DNA of 19,881 nucleotides, taken from Calditrichaceae bacterium. Its GTDB lineage: Bacteria > Calditrichota > Calditrichia > Calditrichales > JBFXGD01. Under the pieces are notes generated by a model. It was given only the letters and a program-made list of their open reading frames with translations. It searched no databases and was not told the DNA's origin. The DNA lies in the NCBI GenBank assembly GCA_050178385.1, contig JBFXGD010000059.1:1-19881 (forward strand), written 5' to 3'. The position numbers and the translations under genes were made by a program. Positions 1 through 8,914 of this stretch are shown here, piece by piece (the first letter of the stretch is position 1; each line of letters opens with the position of its first letter).

Positions 1-1
1 A

Positions 2-517
2 ATATTGAAGACGAAGGGCATCGGCGCCGGGCATCTCCTCATAATCAAAATCCAGAACAGATTTAGGATTAAACAAATCCGTGATATTCCAGACAAGCGA
101 TGTTCCCCATGCGACTCTCTGTCTGCCGATGGTCATCTCCAGTTTACCCGCGGTATAATCAAAATACAAACGGTCAATCTCCGCGTAGATAAATGAGTCG
201 TTCTCATCAAGGAGCACGGCATCCAGATCAAGAAAATCATAATTATTTTTTATAAGATCTTTAAAACCAGGCATCTCACTAATTGAATCTCCATAATACC
301 CACGTATGCGGGTTTCAAGCACTGAATAGAAAGAATATGTCGGTGACCAGCGGGTATTGAGCCGGGCATGAAGCAGATGATCATTATAGCGGTCATTCTC
401 ACCGGTCAGCCCGGATGAAGAAAAAAGGTATTTGACATATCCGTTTGCCTCGTAATCCCCGGCATGTCCGAAAGATGTCAGATAAAATAAACTGATTAAA
501 AATATTAAATGGCGCAT
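2..517 (-). CDS. Probable outer-membrane beta-barrel protein associated with the ABC operon (5' part; runs off the left edge)
   Basis: Not in the ORF track. Manual translation from ATG at 517 is open to the window edge: MRHLIFLISLFYLTSFGHAGDYEANGYVKYLF...HARLNTRWSP...IDRLYFDYTAGKLEMTIGRQRVAWGTSLVWNITDLFNPKSVLDFDYEEMPGADALRLQY. It has a signal-peptide-like N-terminus, alternating-aromatic beta-strand patterns and a GRQ-x-x-x-WG motif typical of porin-like barrels. It starts 4 nt after the ATPase stop. Confidence 0.8.
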   Translation of the reverse strand, partial: MRHLIFLISLFYLTSFGHAGDYEANGYVKYLFSSSGLTGENDRYNDHLLHARLNTRWSPTYSFYSVLETRIRGYYGDSISEMPGFKDLIKNNYDFLDLDAVLLDENDSFIYAEIDRLYFDYTAGKLEMTIGRQRVAWGTSLVWNITDLFNPKSVLDFDYEEMPGADALRLQY

Positions 518-521
518 TTGT

Positions 522-1208
522 TTATTTTCTCTTTTCATCCGAAAAAATTGCGCCGTCTCTAAGGGTTATAACCCGATGCGCGCGTTTTATCACTCTGGCA
601 TCATGAGTTGAAAAAAGAAATGTCATGCCGGATGTCTGATTTAATTCCTCCATCAAATCCAGTAAAGACTCGGCTGATTCGGAGTCCAGATTTGCAGTGG
701 GTTCATCCGCGAGTACAAAGGAGGGCCTTGATGCGAGCGCTCTTGCCACAGCCACACGCTGCTGCTGTCCGCCGGAAAGTTGAGAAGGTCTGGCGTCCGT
801 GCGGTCGCTGAGACCAACGGCATCCAGAAGTTCCAGCGCCCTGCGGTCGCGTTCTTCTTTGGGTATTCTTTGCAGAAGCATGATGAATTCAACATTTTCA
901 CGCGCGTTAAATACCGGTATGAGGTTATACGCCTGGAAAACAAAACCGATATGATGCAGCCTGTAGTTAACAAGTTCACCGGATTTCATTGTGGAAATAT
1001 CAACACCGTCTATGATAACTTTTCCTTTTGTCGGCTTATCCAAACCGCCAATGAGATTGAGCAGTGTGGTCTTCCCGGATCCGGAAGGGCCGACGATCGC
1101 GGTAAATTCTTTTGCTTCAAAATTTAACCCGATATTTCTGACGGCATGAACCGGGACAGCCGTTGTATTATATGTTTTATTCAGTCCTGATAATTCGATA
1201 AGCGCCAT
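522..1208 (-). CDS. ABC transporter ATP-binding protein, LolD/MacB-type
   Basis: Walker A GPSGSGKT, GFVFQAYNL (Q-loop), signature LSGGQQQRV, Walker B LADEPTANLD, H-loop STHD; 228 aa. Confidence 0.97.
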   Translation of the reverse strand: MALIELSGLNKTYNTTAVPVHAVRNIGLNFEAKEFTAIVGPSGSGKTTLLNLIGGLDKPTKGKVIIDGVDISTMKSGELVNYRLHHIGFVFQAYNLIPVFNARENVEFIMLLQRIPKEERDRRALELLDAVGLSDRTDARPSQLSGGQQQRVAVARALASRPSFVLADEPTANLDSESAESLLDLMEELNQTSGMTFLFSTHDARVIKRAHRVITLRDGAIFSDEKRK

Positions 1209-1243
1209 TCTTTCTTCTCCTGATTATATAGATCCTGAACCGG

Positions 1244-2458
1244 CTAAAAAATGCGAATAGCCTCGGACGGCAGCAGGTGAACAGCCTTCCATGCCGGAAG
1301 TACAGCCGCTATATTTGCCGCGATAATGATCATAAATGTGATGATGATATACATTGAAAAGGGTAAAAATGGATACACGACCGCGCTGGCGCCAAAACTT
1401 GCCATGCTGTCGGCGACGATTGAAAAATCCATTCCGGACCGGTAATAATAATAAATGGTTATTCCGCCGATAATCATACCCAAAATACCACCGGTGACTG
1501 AAAGCATTATTGTCTCCCAGAGTATCATCATAAATACTTTGCTTCTTTTCATACCCACGGCAATAAGAATTCCCAGTTCCCTCACGCGTTCGACCACAGA
1601 CATCAGCATTGTATTTGTTATTCCGAAAAGAAGAGCAAGCAGGATTATGGCCACAAATAAGTATGTAAAACCTTCCAGATAAGAAGAGGTAAAGGCAATT
1701 TCCGGGGCGATCTCCATCCAGTTCAGAACCGACAGATTCTGAAAATCCGATTTTATTTCGCCGTAAGCGAGCGGCATAATCCTCGCGGATTTGACACGAA
1801 TGGCAATTTCATGAATAACCGGTTCTGTATCTAATAGCCGGAACAGATCGTTCTGTAATGCAAATACATGCATTTCATCGAACATACTCGATTCCGTTTT
1901 GAAGATCCCGACAACCCGGCAGGCCGTATAAATAATCGATCCGTCCAGTCCCTGGAAACTGAGTACGATTTTTGACCGCAGTTTCAGCTTGAGCCTTTCA
2001 GCCAGCTTCGAGCCGATCACAACCGGATTTTTGTCACTCGTATTAAAGTAACTGCCCTCTGTCAACTTGTTATGAATATCGGTGACTTTTATAGCTTCCG
2101 ACGGATCAATCCCAATAATTTTTACCCCGAATACAGAAGCAGGGGAAGCGCCCATGCCTTCAATGACGGTACGTCCGGAAATATTACTGACTTCTGGCAT
2201 CTTACGGAGTGAATCCATGATCGTGAGGGCATTCGGGATAAATTCTGTGATTTCCTTGTTTTCGGAATACCCATTTTTATGTATTTGTATATGGGAAAGA
2301 TCGCGGTCAATGGCTGAATTGACCATTGACTCGCCAAAACCCATCATGATAGCGCCTGATATCAGTCCTCCCCACAAGCCGAAAATGATGGCGGCAAAGA
2401 CGATAAGACTGCGTTTTTTATTTCGCCAGATATTTTTCCAGGCAAGTGAAATCAGCAT
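1244..2458 (-). CDS. ABC transporter permease, MacB/FtsX/LolE family
   Basis: N-terminal AWKNIWRNKKRS followed by one TM, a large periplasmic domain and three C-terminal TMs with the ERVRELGILIAVG motif; AGGAGG RBS upstream. Confidence 0.95.
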   Translation of the reverse strand: MLISLAWKNIWRNKKRSLIVFAAIIFGLWGGLISGAIMMGFGESMVNSAIDRDLSHIQIHKNGYSENKEITEFIPNALTIMDSLRKMPEVSNISGRTVIEGMGASPASVFGVKIIGIDPSEAIKVTDIHNKLTEGSYFNTSDKNPVVIGSKLAERLKLKLRSKIVLSFQGLDGSIIYTACRVVGIFKTESSMFDEMHVFALQNDLFRLLDTEPVIHEIAIRVKSARIMPLAYGEIKSDFQNLSVLNWMEIAPEIAFTSSYLEGFTYLFVAIILLALLFGITNTMLMSVVERVRELGILIAVGMKRSKVFMMILWETIMLSVTGGILGMIIGGITIYYYYRSGMDFSIVADSMASFGASAVVYPFLPFSMYIIITFMIIIAANIAAVLPAWKAVHLLPSEAIRIF

Positions 2459-2470
2459 TCAGCCTCCTGA

Positions 2471-3685
2471 TTATTTGGTGATTGCTTCGACGGGCATTAA
2501 ACGGTTGATGAATAGAAACGGGTACATCGCCGTGGTTAAAGCAATAATCAGCACAACCACGGATTGTCCCAGGAAAATACCCGGATCAACGCTAAAGGCC
2601 ATGATGGCTTCAATGCCAAGCGTTTCATAGGCTCTTGCCATCTCTCCTGTCAGCCGTATCGGATTATAATAGAAATAATATATGACCGGGACGCTTCCGA
2701 TAAATCCCACGATGACTCCGAGAAAGGAAATCATTATCGATTCAATTGTTGTGACCGCGATAAGTCTCGATTTCTTCATTCCTACTGAGATCAGAATGCC
2801 GAATTCGCGCGTTCTCTCGGTGGTCATCATCATCACCGTTCCAAATACGCCGAAGGCGATGACGATGTAAAGAATGGCAAGCATAATGATTCCGCTTATA
2901 TTGTCCATCTGTATGCTCTGCTCCAGTTCCGGCATCATCTCATTCCAGGTCATAACGGTATAATCAGATCCAAATATCTCATTCACCTCCGTAAGAATTT
3001 TATCCAGATTACTAATATCATTGATCATGACGGAAAGGGATGTGATGCGTCCGAAAGCGGAATATACATCCTGCGCGTTTTGCAGGCTAAGATATACCAT
3101 GGCGTTATTCATTTCGGCGAATGGAAGTTTTACAATACCTTTAACCGGTAGGCGGGCGGCGGCTATTTGCCCGTGATAGCCCTGTCCGTAAATGACAATG
3201 CTGTCTCCAATAGTTACCTTCAGCATTTTTGCCAGCCCTTCGGCAATCAGAATGGCTTTATCGCCGTTTTCAAGATACTGTCCATCGATAACCCTGGCGC
3301 TCAGATTGTTCATCCGGTTTTCAGAATCAGGGTCAATACCGATCACTTGTGATACTTTTGTTAATTTTTTATAGGATATTAAGGCGAATGATTCAAGCCT
3401 GGGAGTGGCGGATGTAACATGCCGGAGGCTGTCAATTTTTGCCATCTGATGATCGTCAATCGCAATGCTGTAGTCAAGCGAGCGATTGTCCCAGTAATCT
3501 TTTCCCTGAATCTGTAGATAACCGGTGAATAGTTTTGCCGATGAGTGAATCATATAACTGTATGATCCCAGCTGACCGGAACGCATAAATACAGCGAGAA
3601 TTACCGCAAAAAATATCGACGCGCCAACAATGATTGTCCGTTTTTTGTTACGCCATAAATTCCGCCAGCTTAATAAAAAGTACAT
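2471..3685 (-). CDS. ABC transporter permease, MacB/FtsX/LolE family (second paralogue)
   Basis: SWRNLWRNKKRT, TM, periplasmic domain, ERTREFGILISVG motif and three TMs; same length (404 aa) as its neighbour; GAGG RBS. Confidence 0.95.
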   Translation of the reverse strand: MYFLLSWRNLWRNKKRTIIVGASIFFAVILAVFMRSGQLGSYSYMIHSSAKLFTGYLQIQGKDYWDNRSLDYSIAIDDHQMAKIDSLRHVTSATPRLESFALISYKKLTKVSQVIGIDPDSENRMNNLSARVIDGQYLENGDKAILIAEGLAKMLKVTIGDSIVIYGQGYHGQIAAARLPVKGIVKLPFAEMNNAMVYLSLQNAQDVYSAFGRITSLSVMINDISNLDKILTEVNEIFGSDYTVMTWNEMMPELEQSIQMDNISGIIMLAILYIVIAFGVFGTVMMMTTERTREFGILISVGMKKSRLIAVTTIESIMISFLGVIVGFIGSVPVIYYFYYNPIRLTGEMARAYETLGIEAIMAFSVDPGIFLGQSVVVLIIALTTAMYPFLFINRLMPVEAITK

Positions 3686-3696
3686 GGCGTTCCTCT

Positions 3697-4452
3697 CTAT
3701 CTGACGCGTTTCATGTTCTGTTCTGAAAAGAACGCGCGGTCGATGTTGACATTAAATTTCATTTCTTCATAAACAAATACGGTCTTTTGTCCCGGTTTAT
3801 CGACCGGAATCATTTCCCAGCGCGCGGGAATGATTCTGTCGTCCATTTTCTTTACATCGCTTCCGGTCATATACTTCACCAGGATCCCATCCTCATCGTA
3901 ATATTCGCTTCTGAGTTCGAGATAGCTGTCTTTGGAGACCCACAACTGAATTTTTCCCCAAACCACACCCGCTTCCGGTTTGGGAATGAGCTCCAGTTTA
4001 TAGCATGCATATTCATTCAACGTCTCTTCACCAAGGATGCGATGCTCATAGTCGTCCACAACCGAAGACTGACGCACAAGATCATCATTTGTAAAATCGG
4101 AACCCATCCAGGACTGCAGCATCATTGACGGCGGAATTTTAATTATTCTTTGTACAGCCGGAATCCAGTTCCATACTTCCTGTTCCCGTTTAAGAGTTAC
4201 CAGGCCCTTGTCTTTTGCCGGGGCAGTGATGAGAACAAGGCCGTAATCCGGTTCCAGCGACCAGATTTTCATGGAGTATTTTCTGGACCAGTCCGGTTTA
4301 ATGATTTCCATCGTCACCTGCGTGATACTGCTGTTTGCCCTTAGCAAATCATTGGCTTTACGGACAATTTCTTTTGCCGTTTCGCCGGTGTTCTGAGAGA
4401 AGGTCAAGACCGGTAATAAAATTAACAGGATCATTCGAAATGTATATTTCAT
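3697..4452 (-). CDS. Outer-membrane lipoprotein-sorting protein / LolA-like periplasmic protein
   Basis: Signal peptide without a lipobox Cys; motifs P..DKG...L...., W.W.P...R..KI.......SWMGSDFTNDD and EYYDEDG, typical of the LolA_like family; sits next to LolE/LolD-like genes. Confidence 0.88.
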   Translation of the reverse strand: MKYTFRMILLILLPVLTFSQNTGETAKEIVRKANDLLRANSSITQVTMEIIKPDWSRKYSMKIWSLEPDYGLVLITAPAKDKGLVTLKREQEVWNWIPAVQRIIKIPPSMMLQSWMGSDFTNDDLVRQSSVVDDYEHRILGEETLNEYACYKLELIPKPEAGVVWGKIQLWVSKDSYLELRSEYYDEDGILVKYMTGSDVKKMDDRIIPARWEMIPVDKPGQKTVFVYEEMKFNVNIDRAFFSEQNMKRVR

Positions 4453-4463
4453 TGCCCCCGCCT

Positions 4464-5078
4464 TTATGGTTTGATGATTCCGTTTAAAAATCCGTCGAGC
4501 ATGGTGTCAGTCGCTTTTTCCGGATCAAATGTATCACGCGCCATAATCCACTGCAAAAGCAGGCCGTCGAGAGCCGCGATCAATACGGATGACATGGCAT
4601 TCGTGTCTAATTCTTTAAAAATGCCGGATTGAATTCCTTCAGTCAGGATTTCTGAAATATATTTACGGTAATTGATATAAATTTGATTCAAATCGATAAT
4701 TTTTAAAATTTTTGAATCTTTGTTTCTGATCCCCTCCGCCCAGAAATCCATCATTATTTCCGCAAATTCTCCTGAATCACTCAAAAACATCCGCAGCGAG
4801 TGCTGAATAAGCTGATTGAGTTTTGATACAGGATCTTTTGAAGAATTAATGGTCGCGCGGGTGGCATTTTCCATGTTTTGGAAATGATAATTAAATGCCG
4901 CGGCAAATATATCCTCCTTGCCGGGAAAGTATTCATAAATCGTGCCTTTCCCGATGCCGGCTTCATTGGCGATATCAGTCATTTTGGCCTTAGCCGCTCC
5001 TTTCGCGGCAAAAACCCGCATGGCGGCAAGCATGATTTCATTCTTTTTTTGTTCTTTGTCAACTATCTTTGGCGACAT
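4464..5078 (-). CDS. TetR/AcrR family transcriptional regulator
   Basis: N-terminal HTH: IMLAAMRVFAAKG...MTDIANEAGIGKGTIYEYFPGKEDI; first gene of the operon. Confidence 0.96.
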   Translation of the reverse strand: MSPKIVDKEQKKNEIMLAAMRVFAAKGAAKAKMTDIANEAGIGKGTIYEYFPGKEDIFAAAFNYHFQNMENATRATINSSKDPVSKLNQLIQHSLRMFLSDSGEFAEIMMDFWAEGIRNKDSKILKIIDLNQIYINYRKYISEILTEGIQSGIFKELDTNAMSSVLIAALDGLLLQWIMARDTFDPEKATDTMLDGFLNGIIKP

Positions 5079-5100
5079 AAGGCCTCATTTATTATAATGA

Positions 5101-5112
5101 CCGACCGGTCGG
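5101..5112. promoter_or_regulatory. Palindromic operator, probable TetR autoregulatory site
   Basis: Perfect 12-bp palindrome CCGACCGGTCGG, GC-rich in an otherwise AT-rich intergenic region, between the predicted -10 box and the tetR start codon. Confidence 0.75.
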
Positions 5113-5116
5113 AATA

Positions 5117-5144
5117 AATGTAATACAATGAAATATCAGGTCAA
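5117..5144 (-). promoter_or_regulatory. Putative sigma70 promoter of the tetR-ABC operon
   Basis: Minus strand reads TTGACC-N16-TACATT, directly upstream of the palindrome. Confidence 0.55.
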
Positions 5145-5270
5145 GAAATAAATAATTTTTATAATCCGGTTTATTATATTATTTTTGATTCGAATGACAT
5201 CAAATTAAAAGCGGATGCCCGCGCAGAAATAGAAAAAAGTCTCGTGTCTTACATATTACAGGAATATTGA

Positions 5271-6101
5271 ATGATTAAAATTGGAAAATATAATGATCTC
5301 CGCGTCGAGCGGCTGGTTGACTTTGGACTTTATCTGAAAAAGGGGGAAGAAGAGGTGCTCCTTCCCGCTAAATATGTTCCGGAAAATTCTAAACCGGGTG
5401 ATAAGATACAGGTATTCATTTATACGGATTCTGAAGACCGGGTGATCGCCACAACTTTGACTCCGAAAGCGGCTTTGGATGAATTTGCTTATCTAAGAGT
5501 AAAAGATGTTAATCGCTTCGGCGCTTTCCTGGACTGGGGTTTGGAAAAAGATCTCTTTGTGCCCTTCAGAGAACAGAAAATCAGAATGTCACAGGGTGAA
5601 TCCTATATTGTCCGGCTCTGCCTCGATACAAAGACGAACCGGCTTTTCGCCACTACAAAAATCCAAAAATATCTAAAAAACAAACCGGATGAATTAAAAG
5701 AAAATCAGGAAGTGAATCTGCTTTTTTACCGACAGACGGATTTGGGAATGATGGCGATTATTGATAATACATATTCCGGCATGCTGTTTTCGGAAGAGAT
5801 TAGAGAAGATGTGAGAGTCGGTGATTCCAGGATTGGATACATAAAAAATATCAGAGATGATGAAAAAATAGACCTGAGCCTGAAACCGCTTGGGTATAAA
5901 GCAGTAATTGATTCAAAGCCGGATGTAATGGATCTTCTTGAAAAAGCGGGAGGATTCCTTCCTTATAATGATAAAAGCTCTCCGCGGGAGATTGAAAAAA
6001 CTTTTCGGATGAGTAAAAAGATGTTTAAGAAAGTGATCGGCGGATTATATAAGGATGGAAAAATCAGCATTGAGGAAAAAGGCATCACGATCATAAAATA
6101 A
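5271..6101 (+). CDS. cvfB: CvfB/YitL-family multi-S1-domain RNA-binding protein
   Basis: MIKIGKYNDLRV...FGLYL...EVLLP.KY, VFIYTDSEDR, GAFLDWGLEKDLFVPFREQ, and the C-terminal winged helix GGFLPYNDKSSP..I...F.MSKK.FKK.IGGLYK. Confidence 0.9.
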   Translation: MIKIGKYNDLRVERLVDFGLYLKKGEEEVLLPAKYVPENSKPGDKIQVFIYTDSEDRVIATTLTPKAALDEFAYLRVKDVNRFGAFLDWGLEKDLFVPFREQKIRMSQGESYIVRLCLDTKTNRLFATTKIQKYLKNKPDELKENQEVNLLFYRQTDLGMMAIIDNTYSGMLFSEEIREDVRVGDSRIGYIKNIRDDEKIDLSLKPLGYKAVIDSKPDVMDLLEKAGGFLPYNDKSSPREIEKTFRMSKKMFKKVIGGLYKDGKISIEEKGITIIK

Positions 6102-6122
6102 GCTCTCCTTATAAAGTAAAAG

Positions 6123-6479
6123 ATGAAGAATAATTCGAATAAACAACACATTTCAATTTATGAAAAGATCTATCTGCTTGTCAGCCAGGTACCCCCGGGT
6201 CAGGTGGCTACTTACGGCCAGATTGCGAAAATGGTCGGTTCATGCACGCCGCGAATGGTGGGCTATGCCATGGCCGCGCTGCCGTCCGGAAGCGATATCC
6301 CCTGGCAGCGCGTTATAAACAGTCAGGGCGGTGTAAGCCCGCGTTCGGATGGAAATGGTGATCTCCGGCAGCGCCTGCTTCTGGAAGCGGAAGGGGTTGT
6401 CTTCGGCGAAAACGGGCGAACGGATCTTGAAATTTTTGGATGGGAAGGACCGGGTCTCAAAAGACCCGGGGATCTGTAA
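6123..6479 (+). CDS. Alkyltransferase-like (ATL; MGMT family) protein, non-catalytic
   Basis: VPPGQVATYGQIA, arginine finger PRMVG, and IPWQRVINSQG where catalytic MGMTs have PCHRV; QRLLLEAEGV C-terminal motif; 118 aa. Confidence 0.92.
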   Translation: MKNNSNKQHISIYEKIYLLVSQVPPGQVATYGQIAKMVGSCTPRMVGYAMAALPSGSDIPWQRVINSQGGVSPRSDGNGDLRQRLLLEAEGVVFGENGRTDLEIFGWEGPGLKRPGDL

Positions 6480-6590
6480 ACGGATTCTTTTGAATTTAGT
6501 TTATTCAATTTTTTAGATTTTACTATTCATCCAATAAAAATCTTGTTATGTTTTAACCGTGAAACTATCGAACATCTTAACGAGGTTAAA

Positions 6591-8756
6591 ATGAACTCTT
6601 CAACAAAAACATTCGAACTACACGCCATTCACAACAAAGTCACCATTAAAAGAAATCAATCCGGAGTACCGGTTATTACGGCGTCCAACCGGGATGATCT
6701 GTGTTTTGGGATCGGTTATGCCCAGGCATCGGATCGTCTTGTACAGATGACAATGGTCCGGGCTCTCGGACAGGGACGCGCTTCAGAACTGCTCGCGGGT
6801 ACGGATGAACTTATCGAAATAGATAAGTATATGCGTTGGATATGCTTTGAGAGAGGGATTGAGGATGAAATAAAAAAACTGAAACCCGATATCAGATCTG
6901 AACTCAACGCGTATTGCGCGGGGATAAATGAGGTGATAACCAAAGGGAAGCGGCCTCTGGAATATAAACTGATAGGATACAAGCCGGAAAAGTGGGAGCC
7001 GGGGCATTCATTGCTGACAGCAAAAATTATGGGATATATCGGGCTGGCTCAGGCGCAGGGTGATATGGAAAAGTTACTGATTCAGCTGATAAAACATGAT
7101 CTCGATGAAGAGCGTATCAAAGCGTTATTTCCTTATCTAAATGAAAAAATCGATTATGACCTCATAAAGCAAATCCGCGTCGCGCAGGAAATGGTTCCAT
7201 CGCATATCTGGAATCAGATTCTTCCCAATATCCAATCCAGCAATAACTGGGCAGTCAGCGGTCAAAAAACAAAATCGGGACAAGCGATTCTTGCCACAGA
7301 CCCGCATCTGGAGATTAACCGGCTGCCAGGCTTATGGTATGAGATGATCTGGAAAACGGATGACAGCAAAGTGATGGGAATTACCATGCCCGGCTTACCC
7401 GTGATAGTAATGGGAAAAAGCAATCATCTGGCCTGGGGCGGCACATACGGTTTTATGGATATGATTGATTATTTTATCGAAGACTGCAAAGATGAGAAGT
7501 TCCTGTATGATGATCAGTGGATTCCGTTTGAGAAGCGCACTGAGATACTCAAACCAAAAAAGAAAGAAGAAATCGCTCTAACTTTTTATGAAAATCATCA
7601 CGGGGTGCTTGAGGGATCTCCGGATGTTCCCGGGAAATATCTTGCCATGGCGTTTACGGGAAGGGAAGGCGCCGGCGCTGAAATTTTTAATATTTTCATG
7701 CGGGTCGATTGCATAAAATCGGTGGAAGAAGCGAAAAAAAATTTCCGGATGATCACCATGCCCACATTCAACTGGGTATTTGCTGACCGGGACGGGAATA
7801 TCGGCTATCAGATGAACGGCAGAATGCCTGTTAGACGGGAAAACACCAGCGGATTGCTTCCCGTACCGGGATGGATTTCTGAAAATGACTGGAAAGGTTT
7901 CGAGAATCCGGATAAATTTCCCAATTGTTTTAATCCTGAATCCGGTTATTTCGCCACCGCCAATAATGATCTCAATAAATTTGGCGAAGTGTCTCCTATC
8001 AATCTTCCAATGGCGCCGTATCGTGTCCAGCGCATTATCGAGTGGCTGGAAAAAAGCGACGTGATTGATCCGGACTATATCAAAAAAATGCACTATGATT
8101 TCTATTCCAAACAGGCTGAAAGACTGATGACAGTCATATCTCCGCTGTTGCCGGACAGCATAAACGGGAACATCCTGAAAAACTGGGATTGTATGTATAC
8201 CCTGGATTCCGTGGGTGCCACTCTTTTTGAATCGGTTTATGAAAATATGATTAAGACCATCTTCGGAGTACACGGGATCGGAGAAGAAACCATGGCGTAT
8301 CTCCTGAATGAAACGGGGATACTGACCGCGTTTTTTGGCAATTTTGATGATGTAATCATGAATCTGGATTCACCATGGTTTAAAAAAGTTTCACGCGAAA
8401 CTCAATTGAAGCAGGCCATCGACAAGGGAATTGAAATTCGGGTACAGAAATACGGGGATACCAGAAAATTTGATATGAAAAATATGTTTTTTGACGGAAA
8501 ATTACCGGGATTCCTTGGTTTTGATGAAAAAAACCGGAAACTGCCAGGAAGCAGGGCGACCATTCCGCAGGGGCAGATTTTTAAATTCGCCGGAAGAATT
8601 TCGTCGTTTTCCCCTTCATGGCGGATGATCGCGGAGATGGAAAAAGATGAAATCCTGACAAATGTGGCCGGCGGTCCATCAGGAAACCGGTTTTCAAAAT
8701 GGTATAAATCGGATATTGAGAACTGGCTGAACGGTGTTTATAAAAAACTGGACTAA
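6591..8756 (+). CDS. Penicillin acylase family (peptidase S45) Ntn-hydrolase
   Basis: GVPVI.A, GYAQASDRLVQM...R...QGRASE, beta-chain start SNNWAVSG (Ser codon 7239-7241), DPHL, FNWVFADRDGNIGY, ATANN. Start moved from the track's TTG 6543 to ATG 6591, which follows GAGG. Confidence 0.93.
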   Translation: MNSSTKTFELHAIHNKVTIKRNQSGVPVITASNRDDLCFGIGYAQASDRLVQMTMVRALGQGRASELLAGTDELIEIDKYMRWICFERGIEDEIKKLKPDIRSELNAYCAGINEVITKGKRPLEYKLIGYKPEKWEPGHSLLTAKIMGYIGLAQAQGDMEKLLIQLIKHDLDEERIKALFPYLNEKIDYDLIKQIRVAQEMVPSHIWNQILPNIQSSNNWAVSGQKTKSGQAILATDPHLEINRLPGLWYEMIWKTDDSKVMGITMPGLPVIVMGKSNHLAWGGTYGFMDMIDYFIEDCKDEKFLYDDQWIPFEKRTEILKPKKKEEIALTFYENHHGVLEGSPDVPGKYLAMAFTGREGAGAEIFNIFMRVDCIKSVEEAKKNFRMITMPTFNWVFADRDGNIGYQMNGRMPVRRENTSGLLPVPGWISENDWKGFENPDKFPNCFNPESGYFATANNDLNKFGEVSPINLPMAPYRVQRIIEWLEKSDVIDPDYIKKMHYDFYSKQAERLMTVISPLLPDSINGNILKNWDCMYTLDSVGATLFESVYENMIKTIFGVHGIGEETMAYLLNETGILTAFFGNFDDVIMNLDSPWFKKVSRETQLKQAIDKGIEIRVQKYGDTRKFDMKNMFFDGKLPGFLGFDEKNRKLPGSRATIPQGQIFKFAGRISSFSPSWRMIAEMEKDEILTNVAGGPSGNRFSKWYKSDIENWLNGVYKKLD

Positions 8757-8882
8757 ATGAGTAGGAGCGGATTTTCGGTGCCTAAAACAATCCATAAGTA
8801 ATTGTAAATATACCCTTTGTCTGATTCTTTAATATTATTGAATAATTTTTTTTCTCCGGGGAATAGATCGCTCTTATTATTT

Positions 8883-8898
8883 GTTAGATTTATCTAAC
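8883..8898. promoter_or_regulatory. DtxR/MntR-type operator palindrome
   Basis: GTTAGATTTATCTAAC (GTTAGAT-tt-ATCTAAC, i.e. TTAG-N6-CTAA core) immediately upstream of a DtxR-family gene and just after a TATTAT hexamer (8875-8880). Confidence 0.75.
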
Positions 8899-8914
8899 TT
8901 GTTTGGAGAAAAAT

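Noticed and set aside
5..196. 63-aa plus-strand ORF
   Set aside because: Antisense to the better supported minus-strand outer-membrane protein gene starting at 517.
5184..5204. TTTGAT-N9-ATCAAA inverted repeat resembling an FNR/CRP-family site
   Set aside because: FNR boxes need TTGAT-N4-ATCAA; the spacing is wrong and the arms are short and AT-rich.
6490..6514. TTGAAT-N7-ATTCAA followed by a T-run as a terminator after the ATL gene
   Set aside because: The stem is 6 bp with only one GC pair, too weak to call.
6513..6526. TTAGATTTTACTAT, an 11/14 match to the DtxR box core, upstream of the acylase
   Set aside because: The palindrome is broken and the context is very AT-rich, so a chance match is likely; not supportable without a regulon motif model.
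7578..8273. 231-aa minus-strand ORF
   Set aside because: Antisense shadow of the penicillin acylase gene with no recognisable motifs. The same applies to the other nested ORFs such as 2082..2630, 11889..12404, 15402..15824 and 19105..19554.
8788..8812. CATAAGTAATTGTAAAT resembling a Xer/dif site
   Set aside because: The arms are not separated by the required 6-bp spacer and the XerD-arm match is poor.
8851..8880. GGGGAATAG resembling the GGGGAGUAG of the yybP-ykoY Mn riboswitch
   Set aside because: Too little room before the start codon for the aptamer, no supporting stems seen, and the region is explained by the promoter and operator. An Infernal search with the Rfam yybP-ykoY model would settle it.
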